From positions 111,487-175,486 of the forward strand of contig DUBB01000027.1 of NCBI GenBank assembly GCA_012960535.1: a stretch of 64,000 bases of DNA. Reading direction: 5' to 3'. The position numbers and the translations under genes are program-made. A model generated the notes under the pieces. It saw only the letters and a list, made by a program, of their open reading frames with translations, was not told the DNA's origin and searched no databases. The first letter of the stretch is position 1, and every line of letters begins with the position of its first letter. This stretch comes from Gammaproteobacteria bacterium. Lineage in GTDB: Bacteria > Pseudomonadota > Gammaproteobacteria > Pseudomonadales > Azotimanducaceae. Positions 22,165-32,131 of this stretch are shown here, in pieces.

Positions 22165-23517
22165 TTATTCGAATTTCTGGTGGGCCTCATCTCGCAGAAT
22201 AGCTTTGAGTGAAATGCCCGACCGGGCCAGGTGACGATTTCTTAGGATATAATAAACCGCGCCCAGCAGCACCAGGCAAAGGTAGATAGTTGCAGGTCTT
22301 AGATTGTTCATCACGCCTACATATAAGAATATAAGTGAGATGCTTATCTTGATTGTAGCCACCACCCAGATGGTGCGTTTGCCCAGCCTGAAGTACGCAT
22401 TTTGGTAGTGGCTGGGTAATGCTGTGGGTAAGCGAATCAGTCCGATGGCCCAGACGATGCCATAAAACATCAGACCTATCACTGTGGCAGAGGCATATTG
22501 AACGATCTCTCCCTGCAGTGAGATACCAAGAATAATCAGTGCACTGACCAGTATGAGCGCTGGAATGGGTTCATTGTTTCTACTGCTGACGGTGGCCAGC
22601 CAGCCCGGGTAAATCTTGTGTCGGGCCAGGGCGAAAAAGCTTCTCGACATGACGATTAAAGCCACATTAGCCGATGTGGCCGCAGCCATGAGCGCACTGA
22701 CTGTTATTAAAATGGCAAACCAGCCGGGTAAGAACAAGCTTGATGCCTGGCTCATTGGCGCCGCCAGGCTACCAAGTTCCTGCCACGGGATCAGGCCAGG
22801 CAATACCAGCGTGATCAGCGTGTATATCGTGGCGACCACAAACAAGGTGATCGCTAAGGTGAGGGGGATATTCTTTTTGGGGTTCTTGATTTCCTCGCCG
22901 ATGGCAGTCAGGGTAATGAACCCGGAGTAGGAATAAAAAGCCGGCACTGCAGCGTCAAGAATTGAACCGTAACCATTAGGGGTAACTGGCGACAGTAAAG
23001 AGGTATCAATATAAAACAGTCCGCCCACAGCAAATATGAGAAGGGAGATGACAAAGATTGAAACTAAAACCATCTGCACACGGATGCTGGTATGGATGCC
23101 TAACAGATTAATCACCAGCAACACCAGAACCATACTTAAGGCGATAATGATGCGATCTGCTTCCGGCAGAAAAAACGCCATGTAGTCAGCAAAACCGTAG
23201 GCCAGGATGGGTACGCCGACAATCAGGCCCAATGCGGCTGTCCATTCTTTCAGAAAGCCTAGAAATGGATGCAGCACGACACTGGAGAAGACATATCCTG
23301 CTGCACTCACCGGTAGGATACTGCCTATTTGGGCAGCAATCAGGCAGTTTGCAACAGCGGGAATACCGGCGATTAGATAGGCGATAAATACGCCCGGTCC
23401 GGCAACACCTGCCAACTGCCCAGGAAGGATGAAGATAGAAGCGCCAATAACGTTACCCAGCAACAGAAATACAGCACCACTTAAGGTTATTTTTCTTTCC
23501 AGTCTGATGTCGCTCAT
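22165..23517 (-). CDS. APC-family amino acid/polyamine permease
   Basis: 450 aa with about 12 TM helices and a typical APC N-terminus (LSGAVFLLLGNVIGASIFILPG). Confidence 0.8.
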   Translation of the reverse strand: MSDIRLERKITLSGAVFLLLGNVIGASIFILPGQLAGVAGPGVFIAYLIAGIPAVANCLIAAQIGSILPVSAAGYVFSSVVLHPFLGFLKEWTAALGLIVGVPILAYGFADYMAFFLPEADRIIIALSMVLVLLVINLLGIHTSIRVQMVLVSIFVISLLIFAVGGLFYIDTSLLSPVTPNGYGSILDAAVPAFYSYSGFITLTAIGEEIKNPKKNIPLTLAITLFVVATIYTLITLVLPGLIPWQELGSLAAPMSQASSLFLPGWFAILITVSALMAAATSANVALIVMSRSFFALARHKIYPGWLATVSSRNNEPIPALILVSALIILGISLQGEIVQYASATVIGLMFYGIVWAIGLIRLPTALPSHYQNAYFRLGKRTIWVVATIKISISLIFLYVGVMNNLRPATIYLCLVLLGAVYYILRNRHLARSGISLKAILRDEAHQKFE

Positions 23518-23559
23518 GGCAATTTAATGCACCGGTTTAAAGGGGTTGTCAGCATGGCC

Positions 23560-24867
23560 CTACAGGGCTTGTAATATTGTTTTAAGGGTGTCGCAAAAAG
23601 GTTCAATATCGTTTTCATCCATTGCCGTAGATAGGGAGCCATGTAAGCCCGGCGATAGGAAGTAACCCGCATTGATGAACGCCGCGTCAATGCCTTCAAT
23701 CTGGCGCATTGCACCTCGGCCAGTAGGCAGACTACCGGCAACAGGATCGACGATGTCGATGGCAAATACGGATGCCTGGCCGAGAACATTGGCTTGGACG
23801 TTTAGTTGAGTGATGACGTTTGTTATAGCGCCTCTGAATGCTTGCCCCAGAGCATTGATACGCTGGAATTCTTCGGGCGTCATCATTTCCATGGCGGCAT
23901 AACCAGCGGCCATGGTGACGGGGTTAGCATTGAAAGTCCCGCCATGGGGTAATCTGGCTTTTTTGTCCGTACTTTCGAATACAGCCATGATGTCTCTGCT
24001 GCCAGCAACAGCACCGACGGGAAAACCACCGCCTATGATTTTACCCAGGCAGGTCAGGTCAGCCGGCACATTAAATTGGCTCATGCAACCGTCGTAATTT
24101 GCCCGGAAAGCGATGACCTCATCAGAGATCAGCAATAAGCCATGGGTGTCACGCATTTCGGCCAGTAAATTAATGAATGCCTGGCTGGGTGCTACCCGTC
24201 CCATGCCGGCGCCAAACGGATCAAATAAGATGCCCGCTAGCATCGGGCCCTGTTCATCTAATATTCTTCTGCTATTTTCAACATCGTTAAAGGGAATGAT
24301 TACAACGTCATCTAGTACACCTTGTGGCGTGCCGGCACTATAAGCTTTACTGATGGGGTCCTGAATACTTAAATCGGTAGGTTCTACTGCAAGGCTTGTT
24401 TCGGCGGCAGCATAGGAGCCATGGTAAGAGTTTTCACATTTGGCAATTTTTGCCCTGCCAGTATAAGCTCGGGCGGCTTTGATACCATTCATGACCGCCT
24501 CGGTCCCAGAATTCATGAAGCGAATTTGCTCAAAGCCTTTGACACGCTGGCATAGCAACTCTGCCAGTCGTATTTCAATTTCGCTACCGAAGGAAAATGC
24601 CGATCCTTTACTGATTTGTTCCCTTGCGGCTTCCACAATAGCAGGATGGCAATGACCGTGAATCAACGAAGTAAAGTTGTTGTTAAAATCAAGTAGTTGC
24701 CGACCATCGACATCAACTATTTGTTTGCCCTGACCTGATTCGAGGAACAGAGTATACGGGGAAGACTGGATGCTGCTCCGACTGCCGCTATTGGGCAACA
24801 CTTTGCTTCCGCGAACATTCAGATGATATGAAGTTGAGTCATAATCCGGGTAATTATTTTCCGTCAT
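23560..24867 (-). CDS. class III (PLP-dependent) aminotransferase, glutamate-1-semialdehyde aminomutase-like
   Basis: Patterns LLDFNNNFTSLIHGHCHP, FMNSGTEAVMNGIKAAR, LLISDEVIAFR and CLGKIIGGGFPVGA (PLP lysine region). Confidence 0.85.
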   Translation of the reverse strand: MTENNYPDYDSTSYHLNVRGSKVLPNSGSRSSIQSSPYTLFLESGQGKQIVDVDGRQLLDFNNNFTSLIHGHCHPAIVEAAREQISKGSAFSFGSEIEIRLAELLCQRVKGFEQIRFMNSGTEAVMNGIKAARAYTGRAKIAKCENSYHGSYAAAETSLAVEPTDLSIQDPISKAYSAGTPQGVLDDVVIIPFNDVENSRRILDEQGPMLAGILFDPFGAGMGRVAPSQAFINLLAEMRDTHGLLLISDEVIAFRANYDGCMSQFNVPADLTCLGKIIGGGFPVGAVAGSRDIMAVFESTDKKARLPHGGTFNANPVTMAAGYAAMEMMTPEEFQRINALGQAFRGAITNVITQLNVQANVLGQASVFAIDIVDPVAGSLPTGRGAMRQIEGIDAAFINAGYFLSPGLHGSLSTAMDENDIEPFCDTLKTILQAL

Positions 24868-25283
24868 ATTATCCCCCTGTTATTGAGAGTACTCGATCGA
24901 CTGTCGACCTGGTTTCTCTGATACGTTGATGCATTGTGGTGTGAGTAGACTCTGTAAAGTTAACGGGTTAGTCGGTTGCCAGGGGCCGGGCCATGCAGCA
25001 GTTGCTTTACCCTAGTCAGTTGAAGCCAGCCCCTGCAACGTCCTTCCTGCCATCTTGTCGTTTACTTTCACAGCGTGAACACACAATTAGAAAATACCCT
25101 AGCACAGAATAAACCACACCTTATCGACGATATTCAAGAGGTCGGCCCGGCTTGGCCGGTGTCATCAATAAAGAGAATAACTATTAATGCGAGCTTTTAT
25201 TGCGAACTTTGCCACTGGGATTTTACAACCGAGGGCAGGATGCAAGTCATGTTTCTGATCTTGCGACGCCGTCTTAAAACAGA

Positions 25284-26681
25284 TCAGCTACTCAGGTCCA
25301 GGATAACTTCCCATAGGTACCTGACAAAACCGTACAGGGCTTTTTCTGAGATGCGCTCATCATCCGCGTGAGCGCCATTGCCTTCTCCGTCCTGCATGTC
25401 TTTTAAGGGTCCGATACCGTAGGCATGGACACCTTTGCCGCGTAAAGGCTGTAGATCCGTACCGCCTGTGAGCAGCATGGGTAAGGTGATAGCTTCCGGA
25501 TACAGCCTTTTTTGAACCGCTTCCAGAGATCGATATAAATCTGTTTTCAGTCCGGATGGTTTGCTGGAGGGATTCATCTGCCGGCCAGGTATTAGCTCCA
25601 CTGCCGGATCATCGATCACTTCGCGCATCATTTGGTAAAAAGCGGTCATGTTTTCATCCGGTAGGGCCCGGATATCAAGATAGGCAGTGGCCTGGGAAGG
25701 GATAACATTGGGTCGAAAACCACCGTTGAACATGTTCGGAGATATGGTTGTTCGAAGAAATGAGTTATAGCGGATCTGGTGTTTTTTAAAGTAATTACCT
25801 GCGTTGTCGGCCGTTGCCGGGTTAAACAGGTCACGGATGCGTCTGGCTTTTTCCGGGTCAGAAATTTCAGCGACTCTCTCGAAGTATGCCCGCGTGATTT
25901 CATTGAGTCGCATGGGCGGTTGCCATTCGGCGATGCGGGCCACCGCCCTTGCCAGGTGGGTGATGGCATTGTCGACTCTGGGCATGGAGCCATGCCCTGA
26001 AGAGCCTCTGGCAATGAGCTCCGCGCCACGGCCCACTTTTTCGGTGGCAGCAACCGCCAGCAGGTAGGGCGATCCATCCTTGATACTCCCGCCTCCACCT
26101 TCGCCCAGGGCATACTCCGCGTCAATTTTTTCCCAATGATGATTAACCAGATAGCGGAAGCCTTCTTTGGCAAATCCTTCTTCACCGGATTCGGCGACAA
26201 AAATAACATCGCGATTAAGTACTAACCCGGAGCGCTTGAGCATCAATACCATCATCAGGTTAGCAACAACATTGTCTTTATCGTCTACGGCACCTCGGCC
26301 ATAGACATAGCCATTTTCGATGACCCCGGCAAATGGGTCATGGCGCCAGCGCTCTCGCTGCACCCCGACGACGTCGGTATGGCCCAGTAATAAAACAGGC
26401 CGAGCTGAGCCGTTTCCTTTTATCCTGGCAACCAGGTTCAGTCGATCAGGATTGGGTCCCAGAAGCTCGGACTCAATGCCGTTCTGGGTCAGTACGTTAC
26501 GCAGATAGAGAGCTGCCTGTGTTTCATTTCCAGGGGGGTTGCTGGTATCTATCTTCAATAGATTGATGAAGTGAAACAGTGTTTCTTTGTTGATCTGGGA
26601 CCAGTCGACGGGGGTTGCGGCGGCTATCTGGCGAGCGCTGGTGGTTGATAACAACAGGCAAGTCAGCATGATCATTTTCAT
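25284..26681 (-). CDS. secreted M20/M25/M40-family metallopeptidase
   Basis: Signal peptide (MKMIMLTCLLLSTTSA). Metal-binding patterns LLLGHTDVV, GRGAVDDKDN and SGEEG. 465 aa. Confidence 0.8.
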   Translation of the reverse strand: MKMIMLTCLLLSTTSARQIAAATPVDWSQINKETLFHFINLLKIDTSNPPGNETQAALYLRNVLTQNGIESELLGPNPDRLNLVARIKGNGSARPVLLLGHTDVVGVQRERWRHDPFAGVIENGYVYGRGAVDDKDNVVANLMMVLMLKRSGLVLNRDVIFVAESGEEGFAKEGFRYLVNHHWEKIDAEYALGEGGGGSIKDGSPYLLAVAATEKVGRGAELIARGSSGHGSMPRVDNAITHLARAVARIAEWQPPMRLNEITRAYFERVAEISDPEKARRIRDLFNPATADNAGNYFKKHQIRYNSFLRTTISPNMFNGGFRPNVIPSQATAYLDIRALPDENMTAFYQMMREVIDDPAVELIPGRQMNPSSKPSGLKTDLYRSLEAVQKRLYPEAITLPMLLTGGTDLQPLRGKGVHAYGIGPLKDMQDGEGNGAHADDERISEKALYGFVRYLWEVILDLSS

Positions 26682-27149
26682 ACATTGGTCCTACATTCAT
26701 TGTTTTAGGGAACAGATTCATTGATTTAGGGAGTAAATTGTTTTTACTACCCTAGCACTGAAACTTAGCTTCATAAATGTTATTTTCGGATGGTCATTGA
26801 TCAGCAGGTTTGTCATGGGCCACCTTATCTTGGAAGACATTATCGTGAATTTCTGCCGCTTTTTGTCAGGGCAGGTATGAAGGTAAGGAGCTGAGATAAC
26901 GGTTAGGCCCGCGCTTAATTCAGCCGGCGTATAATAGAATCATCCAATTTCCAGTCGGTTGTATAAAGCCAGCTGAGGCGGAAATAGAGGTTATCGGTTC
27001 TGGTATCTTATGGATCTTATGGCGCAATATGGTATTAAATGCAGGGTAAATAGTGGGTGTTGGGACTGGCATTGTATAGATCCTATGCTGGGCTATCACA
27101 TTGAGTGAGGCAGCAAGCCTGTATAGTCGATATAACCAAGGAGGTATTG

Positions 27150-28181
27150 ATGAATTTTGATCTGATGGTAGGGGGCAGTTCCTGGAAGAAGATTGCAGAA
27201 CTGGCATCAAGGATAGAAGCTGCGGGTTTCAACGGCATGTTATTCACTGAAGGATCGCAGGTGCCGTGGATGATGATAGCAGCGGCCGCAACGGCAGCGC
27301 CAAGATTGGAATTTACCACGGGTATCGCTGTGGCCTTTCCACGTAGCCCCATGATCTCAGCGCAGATTGCCTGGGAACTGGCTCATAATACCCAGGGCCA
27401 ATTCCGTCTGGGTCTGGGCTCACAGGTTCGAGGTCATATTGAGCGAAGATATAGCGCCGTTTGGGATCGGCCAGCGCCACAGATGCGGGATTATGTAGAG
27501 GCATTTAAGGCCTGTATTCGTGCCTTCAAGCGGGAAGAGAAGCTTCATCACGAAGGGCCGTATTACAATTTGTCGTTACTGCCCGGGCAATGGTCACCGG
27601 CTCGTCATGACTATGAAGACATTAAAATTGATATATCGGCGGTCGGCCCTTACATGTGCCGCGTGGCGGGCGAGCTATGTGACGGCGTACATGTGCATCC
27701 CATGCATTCAATGGCGTACATTGAGAACAGGTTGTTACCGGAGCTGGCCGCTGGTGCTAAAAAAGCAGGCCGGAGCCTCAAAGATATTGATCTGATTATA
27801 CCGGTATTCGCTGTCCCCGGTGATACCCCCGAAGAGCGCGGGCCGATGATCAACAGAGCGAAAACGCAGATCGCATTTTATGGCTCTACGCGTAATTATG
27901 CATTCCAGTTTGACGATCTGGGTTTTACGGGGACCACAGCCCGGCTGGGGCAGAAGATGAAAGCCGGCGATATGCAGGGCATGGCAGACACGATCAGTGA
28001 TGAGATGCTGGAACATTTTGCGCTTGTCGCCCGGTGGGATGATATGGCCGATGCTTTGATTAATCGCTATCAGGGTGTTGCTTATCGCGTTGTGAGTTAT
28101 CTTGCCAGTGAAGACATCCAGCGAAACCCAGATAACCTGGGTAGATGGGGTGAGATTGCCCGTGCTGTTAACGCTGGATAG
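27150..28181 (+). CDS. LLM-class (luciferase-like) oxidoreductase, F420-type subfamily (TIGR03617-like)
   Basis: GIAVAFPRSPMISAQIAWELAHNTQGQFRLGLGSQVRGHIERRYSAVWDRPAPQMRDYVEAFKACIRAF closely follows the probable-F420-dependent MSMEG_2256-type LLM pattern as I recall it. AAGGAGG lies 7 nt before ATG 27150. Confidence 0.75.
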   Translation: MNFDLMVGGSSWKKIAELASRIEAAGFNGMLFTEGSQVPWMMIAAAATAAPRLEFTTGIAVAFPRSPMISAQIAWELAHNTQGQFRLGLGSQVRGHIERRYSAVWDRPAPQMRDYVEAFKACIRAFKREEKLHHEGPYYNLSLLPGQWSPARHDYEDIKIDISAVGPYMCRVAGELCDGVHVHPMHSMAYIENRLLPELAAGAKKAGRSLKDIDLIIPVFAVPGDTPEERGPMINRAKTQIAFYGSTRNYAFQFDDLGFTGTTARLGQKMKAGDMQGMADTISDEMLEHFALVARWDDMADALINRYQGVAYRVVSYLASEDIQRNPDNLGRWGEIARAVNAG

Positions 28182-28234
28182 GTCGGGCTGAATTCCCCAG
28201 GTGGCTTGACGGCTGCCAGTCCTCAAGATGGCTT

Positions 28235-28609
28235 TTAGTCAGCGGTTTTAGCATCGTCCTTGTCTCGTGCGTCAAAGACTTCCTTTGCGATATGCATGCC
28301 CTCAACACTGGTAGGGAAACCACCATAGATAGCCAGGTGCATGATGACTTCCCCTAGTTCTTTGCGGGTCACGCCATTATTCAGGGCCCGATCGAGGTGC
28401 AGGCGCAGCTCGTTGGGTCTATACAGCACGGTTAAAGCGGCAACGGTAATGAGGCTACGGTCTCGCCGCGATAAACCCTCCCGGGACCAAACGCCTGCGG
28501 GTAACACGGTATCGACAATAAGCTTGCCCCAGTCATCGCGTATTTCATCCGGGGTGGGCAGCGCATCGGTAATCTGCCTTGCCATCTTCAGTTTCTTTTC
28601 TTCGTCCAT
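28235..28609 (-). CDS. carboxymuconolactone decarboxylase (CMD/AhpD-like) family protein
   Basis: 124 aa. The pattern VWSREGLSRRDRSLITVAALTVL...LRLHLDRALNNGVTRKELGEVIMHLAIYGGFP is typical of the CMD family. Confidence 0.75.
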   Translation of the reverse strand: MDEEKKLKMARQITDALPTPDEIRDDWGKLIVDTVLPAGVWSREGLSRRDRSLITVAALTVLYRPNELRLHLDRALNNGVTRKELGEVIMHLAIYGGFPTSVEGMHIAKEVFDARDKDDAKTAD

Positions 28610-28617
28610 GATATCTC

Positions 28618-29058
28618 CTATCGCGGGTCACGTATGGTGACGGTGCCTTGGGCGACAGCGGCCGCGCGTCCTTCGTTGATTACGTCAATGCGCACTACAG
28701 CCTGAGTCCTTGTGAGGCTGATAATGCTGGCGGTCGCGGTAACCATTCCCTGGGAGACAGGTGCTGTCAGGTTTATCTTAAATTCTGTTGTGGCAGCCCA
28801 TTGGCCTTTGGTCATTGCCGGGTAACAGACACAACCCAGCATGTGGTCACAGAAGGCTGACAGTACGCCGCCATGCATATTGCCAAATTGGGTCAGCAGT
28901 TCCTTGCGGACTTCGAGTTCTGCGGTCATGGTGCCAGCGCTGGCATCGGTTATGCGAATGCCCAGGAAATCGGGCAGGCCACCGCTGCCTTCGCTGCTGA
29001 TGAATCTTTCAGCGACCTTGTTATTAAAAGGAATCTCTCTTGCCATGTTGCTCTCCAT
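28618..29058 (-). CDS. PaaI-family (hotdog-fold) thioesterase
   Basis: Pattern NMHGGVLSAFCDHMLG followed by a long beta-sheet region. 146 aa. It lies 8 nt upstream of the CMD gene and 4 nt downstream of the ADH gene. Confidence 0.75.
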   Translation of the reverse strand: MESNMAREIPFNNKVAERFISSEGSGGLPDFLGIRITDASAGTMTAELEVRKELLTQFGNMHGGVLSAFCDHMLGCVCYPAMTKGQWAATTEFKINLTAPVSQGMVTATASIISLTRTQAVVRIDVINEGRAAAVAQGTVTIRDPR

Positions 29059-29062
29059 TATT

Positions 29063-30154
29063 CTATTTTGGTGGTATCAGGCAGGAGTGTATGGATCCCT
29101 GCCCAGGAATGTCTCGCCCCAGTGTCCTTATTGCCAGTTCAGCTTCACTTAGGTCAAAGTTATGGGTGTGCATCCTGGCAATGGGTGATCTGCCGGATTC
29201 AATGAGTTTAATCGCGCTTTGATAGCCACTTGATGTGACTCCGATAGCACCTTGGATCTTTATTTCTTTAAGGACAATATAGTCTGAAACAAAGTCATCA
29301 ACTGCTTTCATGCCCTTGACCCCCGCAAGAATAATCGTACCGCCTGCACGAACCATGTGCAGCGCATCCCTAACAGGCCGGGTCGCATTGGCACTGACAT
29401 CAACGACGATATCTGCCCCTCCATCGGTTAATTCCTTGACGCGTCTTACGGAATTTTCATTGTCGACATCGATACAGTGATCTGCGCCGAATTCGAGGGC
29501 CAGTTCCAGTTTGGCTTTGTCTGCTTCGAGTCCGGTGACGATGACCTGGCCTGCCCCGGCTTCTTTGGCAGCTATGACACAGGCCAGTCCTCGCTGTCCT
29601 GGGCCCAGAATAACGACTTTATCGCCAGGCCGGGTTTGTGGTAATTCAACGGCCCATCGATATCCGGCACCAAGCGGGTTGAACATCACTGCGGTTTCCG
29701 CCGGCAGGTCAGGATCCATTTTGTGTACAATGCTGTTCGGGTGAAGATACATATACTGTGAATAAGCTCCCCACAGGCCTGGTTGTTCAGAAAGAGGAAT
29801 ATAGGAATAGATTCTCCTGTCGTGACAGAGGTGGTATTGGCCGCCAAGACAGCAACTGCAGAATCTGCACGACAGCATGGTTTCAACGGCAACACGATCA
29901 CCTACATCAACCCGCCACCGCGCCGCTGCGCGGTCCCCTATCTTGGCTATTCGCCCCAGTGGCTCGTGCCCGGGGATGAGCGGTAGCTCCACGCTGATGA
30001 CGCCTTCGTATTGTTCGACATCACTACCGCAGATACCACAGGCCTCAAGTTCCAAGATGGCCGAGTCCTCATCAATATCCGGGATAAGAATATCTCTTGG
30101 TTCTAGTTGGCGAGTGCCGGTCTGGACCATTGCAAATGATAATTTGGGGATCAT
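29063..30154 (-). CDS. zinc-dependent alcohol dehydrogenase (MDR family)
   Basis: ACGICGSDVEQYEG and GHEPLGRI (catalytic Zn). CRFCSCCLGGQYHLC (structural Zn). VILGPGQRGL Rossmann motif. ATG 30154 has GGAAGG upstream and is preferred to the track start at 30271. Confidence 0.85.
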   Translation of the reverse strand: MIPKLSFAMVQTGTRQLEPRDILIPDIDEDSAILELEACGICGSDVEQYEGVISVELPLIPGHEPLGRIAKIGDRAAARWRVDVGDRVAVETMLSCRFCSCCLGGQYHLCHDRRIYSYIPLSEQPGLWGAYSQYMYLHPNSIVHKMDPDLPAETAVMFNPLGAGYRWAVELPQTRPGDKVVILGPGQRGLACVIAAKEAGAGQVIVTGLEADKAKLELALEFGADHCIDVDNENSVRRVKELTDGGADIVVDVSANATRPVRDALHMVRAGGTIILAGVKGMKAVDDFVSDYIVLKEIKIQGAIGVTSSGYQSAIKLIESGRSPIARMHTHNFDLSEAELAIRTLGRDIPGQGSIHSCLIPPK

Positions 30155-30342
30155 GAGGTCCTTCCACGTTAAGCAATATAGCTGCACTATCTCATTAATA
30201 ATGCCAGAGATACAAGCGACATCATTTGCAGGGACCGATGCCGGGAACGGTAAAGCGGCTGCTGCAGACACTGGATCAACCGCTGTTCAAGAACACGGAC
30301 CGCTGGTGGCGGAGACTCTGATCCGCAGGTCGTGAGGTTTGC

Positions 30343-30765
30343 TTATGAAAGGTTGTAATCCACGGTGTACCAGGTCGCTGGGCTGAGGCGTACAACAATG
30401 CTGTCGGCTGTGTCCTGTGACGCTTCGGCATAGGCTTTTCCACCCTGGGTGCCAAGGTAGCGGGTGGCCATATGTAATAATTGGCCGGCGCGCACAGGTT
30501 GGATTGTAAAAGGCCCTTCCACTGAGACATATTGATAAGGTGCTTGTTCAGTCTGAACACAGAGGCTTATTCTAGCTGTCTTTTTAAGTAATCGACCTTT
30601 GCTGGATGAAGCGCTGGTAATCATCCAGACGTCACCACCGGTTTCGTAGTCGTACCAGATGGGTACAGTCAGAGGGCCTTTTTGATCCCTGGCAATGCTA
30701 AGGACACCGACATGCAGATCACTTAAAAAGGCCTCTCTTTGCTTGGTATTCATTGTTGTTGACAT
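30343..30765 (-). CDS. pyridoxamine 5'-phosphate oxidase (PPOX)-family flavin/deazaflavin-binding protein
   Basis: 140 aa. REAFLSDLHVGVLSIARDQKGPLTVPIWYDYETGGDVWMITSASSSKGRLL is the typical split-barrel PPOX pattern. Confidence 0.7.
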   Translation of the reverse strand: MSTTMNTKQREAFLSDLHVGVLSIARDQKGPLTVPIWYDYETGGDVWMITSASSSKGRLLKKTARISLCVQTEQAPYQYVSVEGPFTIQPVRAGQLLHMATRYLGTQGGKAYAEASQDTADSIVVRLSPATWYTVDYNLS

Positions 30766-31157
30766 GTTTTAAGGTATCCTCAGACAATGGTTGGAAGGTT
30801 AATTGCATTCTATCCAGATGAAAAACCAGTCCTGGTGGGTGGTTAACAGCAGGCTCCGGTTTCAGTTGTTGCTGCCTGCGTGGCTTGACTCGGTTTCATG
30901 GATTAGCAGCAGGGCAGTTATGGATGCTAAACCAGGTCATCGCCTGTGGCAATAACCGTAACCAGCTGGGGAATTGGCCGCTGAGGCAGGGCCTGGGGTT
31001 TTGTTGAAGCCGCGCTGCTGCGGTGAAAAGATGATTTATTTTTGCCTTCCAGATGTTAGATTAAGTTAGACAGGCCTGAGCAATCTGGGCCATTTTATAG
31101 CAGGCCCGTTTAGTTCAGTACAGATGGGGCCAGGTTCAGTGACTTAGGAGTTAGAGT

Positions 31158-32015
31158 ATGAAAATTGGTGTAGCGATGGCTTTCAGCCAACACACTTCTG
31201 CAGATTTTATTAAAGCGGCGGTGCAGCTCGTAGAAAGTAAAGGCGTGCATGCCATATGGGTGCCCGAACATGTCATGTTCTTTCCTGATTATGCCTCAAC
31301 TTATCCTTATTCGAGTTCCGGGCGTATTCCCGGGGATCCTGAGGGTTTGCTCGATCCTTTCACGGCGCTAACCTATATAGCCAGCTGTACTCAAAATATT
31401 CGCCTCGGAACCGGCATTTGCCTGGTGCCACAGCGTCAGCCCGTATATACCGCGAAACTGGTTGCAGATGTCGATTTTTTATCGGGGGGACGGGTTGATT
31501 TTGGCGTCGGAGTGGGCTGGCTAAAGGAAGAATTTGATAATTTGGGCGCTGATTTTGCCAGGCGAGGCAAACTGTGTGAAGAATATATTAACGCGATGAA
31601 AGAACTGTGGTCGGACGGCGTGTCAACGTTCAGCGGCCCTTCCGTTGAGATTACCCCCTGTCACTTTAATCCCAAACCGGTACAGAAACCGCATCCGCCG
31701 ATCTATTTCGGTGGGGAGAGCGATGCAGCACTTAAAAGGGTGGCCCAGCAGGGTGATGGATGGTACGGCTATGATATGGCGCCTTCGGATCTGGCCAGGA
31801 GACTACAGGCTCTGGATGCCGCCCTGGCTGATGCCGATAGGCGGCGCGAGGACATTACGCTGATTGTCGGACCGAATCGCCATCCGGTAACGCCGGAAAC
31901 CACGGCGAGCTACCGTGACTTGGGGGTAGACCAGCTGGTCGTCCCTGTATTTGGGTCGACCGTTGAAAAGTTAGCGCTTAGGGTGGATGCACTGCTGGCG
32001 ATTGCCGCTGCCTAG
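31158..32015 (+). CDS. LLM-class F420-type oxidoreductase (TIGR03619-like)
   Basis: 285 aa. IRLGTGICLVPQRQPVYTAKLVADVDFLSGGRVDFGVGVGWLKEEFDNLGADFARRGKLCEEYINAMKELW and KPVQKPHPPIYFGGESDAALKRVAQQGDGW follow the Rv2161c-type LLM pattern. Confidence 0.75.
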   Translation: MKIGVAMAFSQHTSADFIKAAVQLVESKGVHAIWVPEHVMFFPDYASTYPYSSSGRIPGDPEGLLDPFTALTYIASCTQNIRLGTGICLVPQRQPVYTAKLVADVDFLSGGRVDFGVGVGWLKEEFDNLGADFARRGKLCEEYINAMKELWSDGVSTFSGPSVEITPCHFNPKPVQKPHPPIYFGGESDAALKRVAQQGDGWYGYDMAPSDLARRLQALDAALADADRRREDITLIVGPNRHPVTPETTASYRDLGVDQLVVPVFGSTVEKLALRVDALLAIAAA

Positions 32016-32131
32016 TTAAAACTCGGCCTGTTCTATGCCAAAGAATAGCCAAGCCAGTCCAGAATTATGCAATGGCTGCTATAGGGCGAATCACCCTGGG
32101 ACGAGCCTGCATCAGATCAAATTCGGCCTCT

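Noticed and set aside
25646-26209. 187-aa minus-strand ORF, and several 60-90 aa ORFs, overlapping the M20 peptidase gene in other frames
   Set aside because: It is an alternative frame of a gene with clear metallopeptidase motifs. The product is Pro/Arg/Ser-rich and has no family resemblance. The same reasoning applies to the overlapping ORFs at 27735-28226, 29877-30335, 16861-17292, 45719-46060 and 49110-49499.
25095-26758. Shared 11-mer TACCCTAGCAC (25095-25105 and 26748-26758) upstream of the aminotransferase and the M20 peptidase genes
   Set aside because: Hundreds of exact 11-mer pairs are expected by chance in 64 kb. The flanks are not similar and the motif is not palindromic. There is not enough to call it a shared operator.
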